A stretch of DNA of 63,978 bases, counting the filler, from Welwitschia mirabilis (lineage: Eukaryota), in NCBI GenBank assembly GCA_051453625.1. It is 9 parts of one record of this genome, joined end to end, with 100 filler letters (N's around TTAATTAATTAA, not from the genome) between each part and the next. Parts side by side here need not be neighbours in the genome. Positions count along the whole stretch, not along the records: positions 62,859 to 63,978 come from JBOZIK010000001.1; 8 more parts are not named here. One strand, 5' to 3'. Made by a program: the position numbers and the translations under genes. The notes beneath the pieces are model-generated. The model was not told the origin of the DNA, searched no databases, and saw nothing but the letters and a program-made list of their open reading frames with translations. Below are positions 62,859-63,978 of this stretch, one piece after another. The first letter of the stretch is position 1. Each line of letters opens with the position of its first letter.

Positions 62859-63978
62859 AGGAGTTTGTATTTCATATTTTTTGTTTGCTATAAGATCTCT
62901 CAAAGAAATATGAGTCTTGGGTTGAAAATGAGTAGAAGTAGGGGTTCCAATGACAAAGAATGGATTTGGAGAGATAAGTTATTTAAGCTTTTATTCCAAG
63001 GTCGACATGATAGCAAAATCAGAATCTATAGAATTAAAAGTGGAAATTGCAGGAAATTAAAAATATTACATACCTTTATTGATTTGACCTATTTTTATTT
63101 TAAGATTTATTAAAACTTTTCTAATGTTTTTAGCAATCAGCAATCACTCTCTCTGATATTTTTCCTTTTTGTCAGACTTAACCATTTATACTCTATTTCA
63201 GATCTATAAAAGTATCATCTCTTTTATCGTTTGGACGATATCCTGGATGATAGAAATACAAAAACTACAAGAAAAGGAAAAGTAAAAAATAGAAATAAAA
63301 AACTGACTTTGTGATGCAGAAAACAAATGTTTATCCACCTGTGCCATCTAGACAATAGAGTTGATGACATACTTTTATTATAGAACAAAAAACAGACTTT
63401 AATTTGAAAAATAGAAAATTGACTCTATAAAAATGAGAAACCTATGCTCCTACAGGTACTATTAAATCACTGCTGCAGCAAGCATCCGAACCGAAATTCT
63501 TACTAAAGTAACGATAACTCTTGAACTCCAAGTAGCCTTCCCCGATAATGGTGCCAAGATGTTGTGATGTGTATTTATACAATGTTTACGTCCTGATTAG
63601 AATCCTATTAACTACAAATAATATGCATAAACACAACACACTAATATAGATGGGAATGATCCAAATGTCCTAATCCATTGAAGGCTAAAACATAGAAATA
63701 AGAGAGTTGCTCTTAAGATGAAAAAATACTATAACTCTAACATACAGAAATACCTTGCAATGCATGAAAAATGAAATAAAACACTTTTGTGCTAGACTAA
63801 TCTAGAAAAGAAAATAACAATGCATCTAAACTAATCAAGCATAACCTTGACAAAGGTTCCCTCATAATCTATATCACAAGAGAAGCTGTCACTGAATCTC
63901 AAGCAATATAAACTATGAGGGAGAAAACCATTCATATATTAAACACAAAAGGAATGTTTTATATTATAAGTTATACCA
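62859..63978 (-). mobile_element. Athila-family 5' part: LTR (63560 to window end), PBS-Asp (63539-63556), 5' UTR, gag start (ATG 63008)
   Basis: TGGCACCATTATCGGGGA; LTR matches 56340-56642; MSTLE*KLK*LISPNPFFVIGTPTST..SLRDLIANKK is homologous to MSISSQKQNYLISSNSPLVIGAPTTT..TLRDLIVNKK at 57349. Confidence 0.9.

Overview
AT-rich plant genomic DNA made almost entirely of old, heavily decayed retrotransposons; I find no intact protein-coding gene, RNA gene or CRISPR array. The window is a stitched assembly: eight artificial 100-bp spacers (44 N + TTAATTAATTAA + 44 N) split it into nine pieces, so adjacency across spacers is not guaranteed. Recognisable content: three portions of one Athila-lineage Ty3/gypsy family (1-8039 +, pol plus env-like ORF; 56337-60513 +, LTR/PBS-Asp/gag/PR/RT; 60614-63978 -, apparently lacking pol and env); a CRM-type chromovirus gag-PR-RT (-) that runs into an unexplained accessory ORF; a second accessory ORF with its own TATA box and intron next to a ~20-bp minisatellite; three L1 LINE remnants; three Ty1/copia elements, one complete (236-bp LTRs, ATACC TSD) and nested in another; and Tekay-like LTRs. 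Decay is dominated by C>T/G>A changes, consistent with methylation-driven deamination. The RT signature suggests a non-angiosperm, probably gymnosperm, host (inference). All translations and alignments were done by eye, and boundaries of decayed ORFs are approximate. The best candidates for something undescribed are the retrotransposon accessory ORFs (14700-16560, 20100-22410) and a possible antisense frame in a 2-kb copia INT-RT spacer; none is established.
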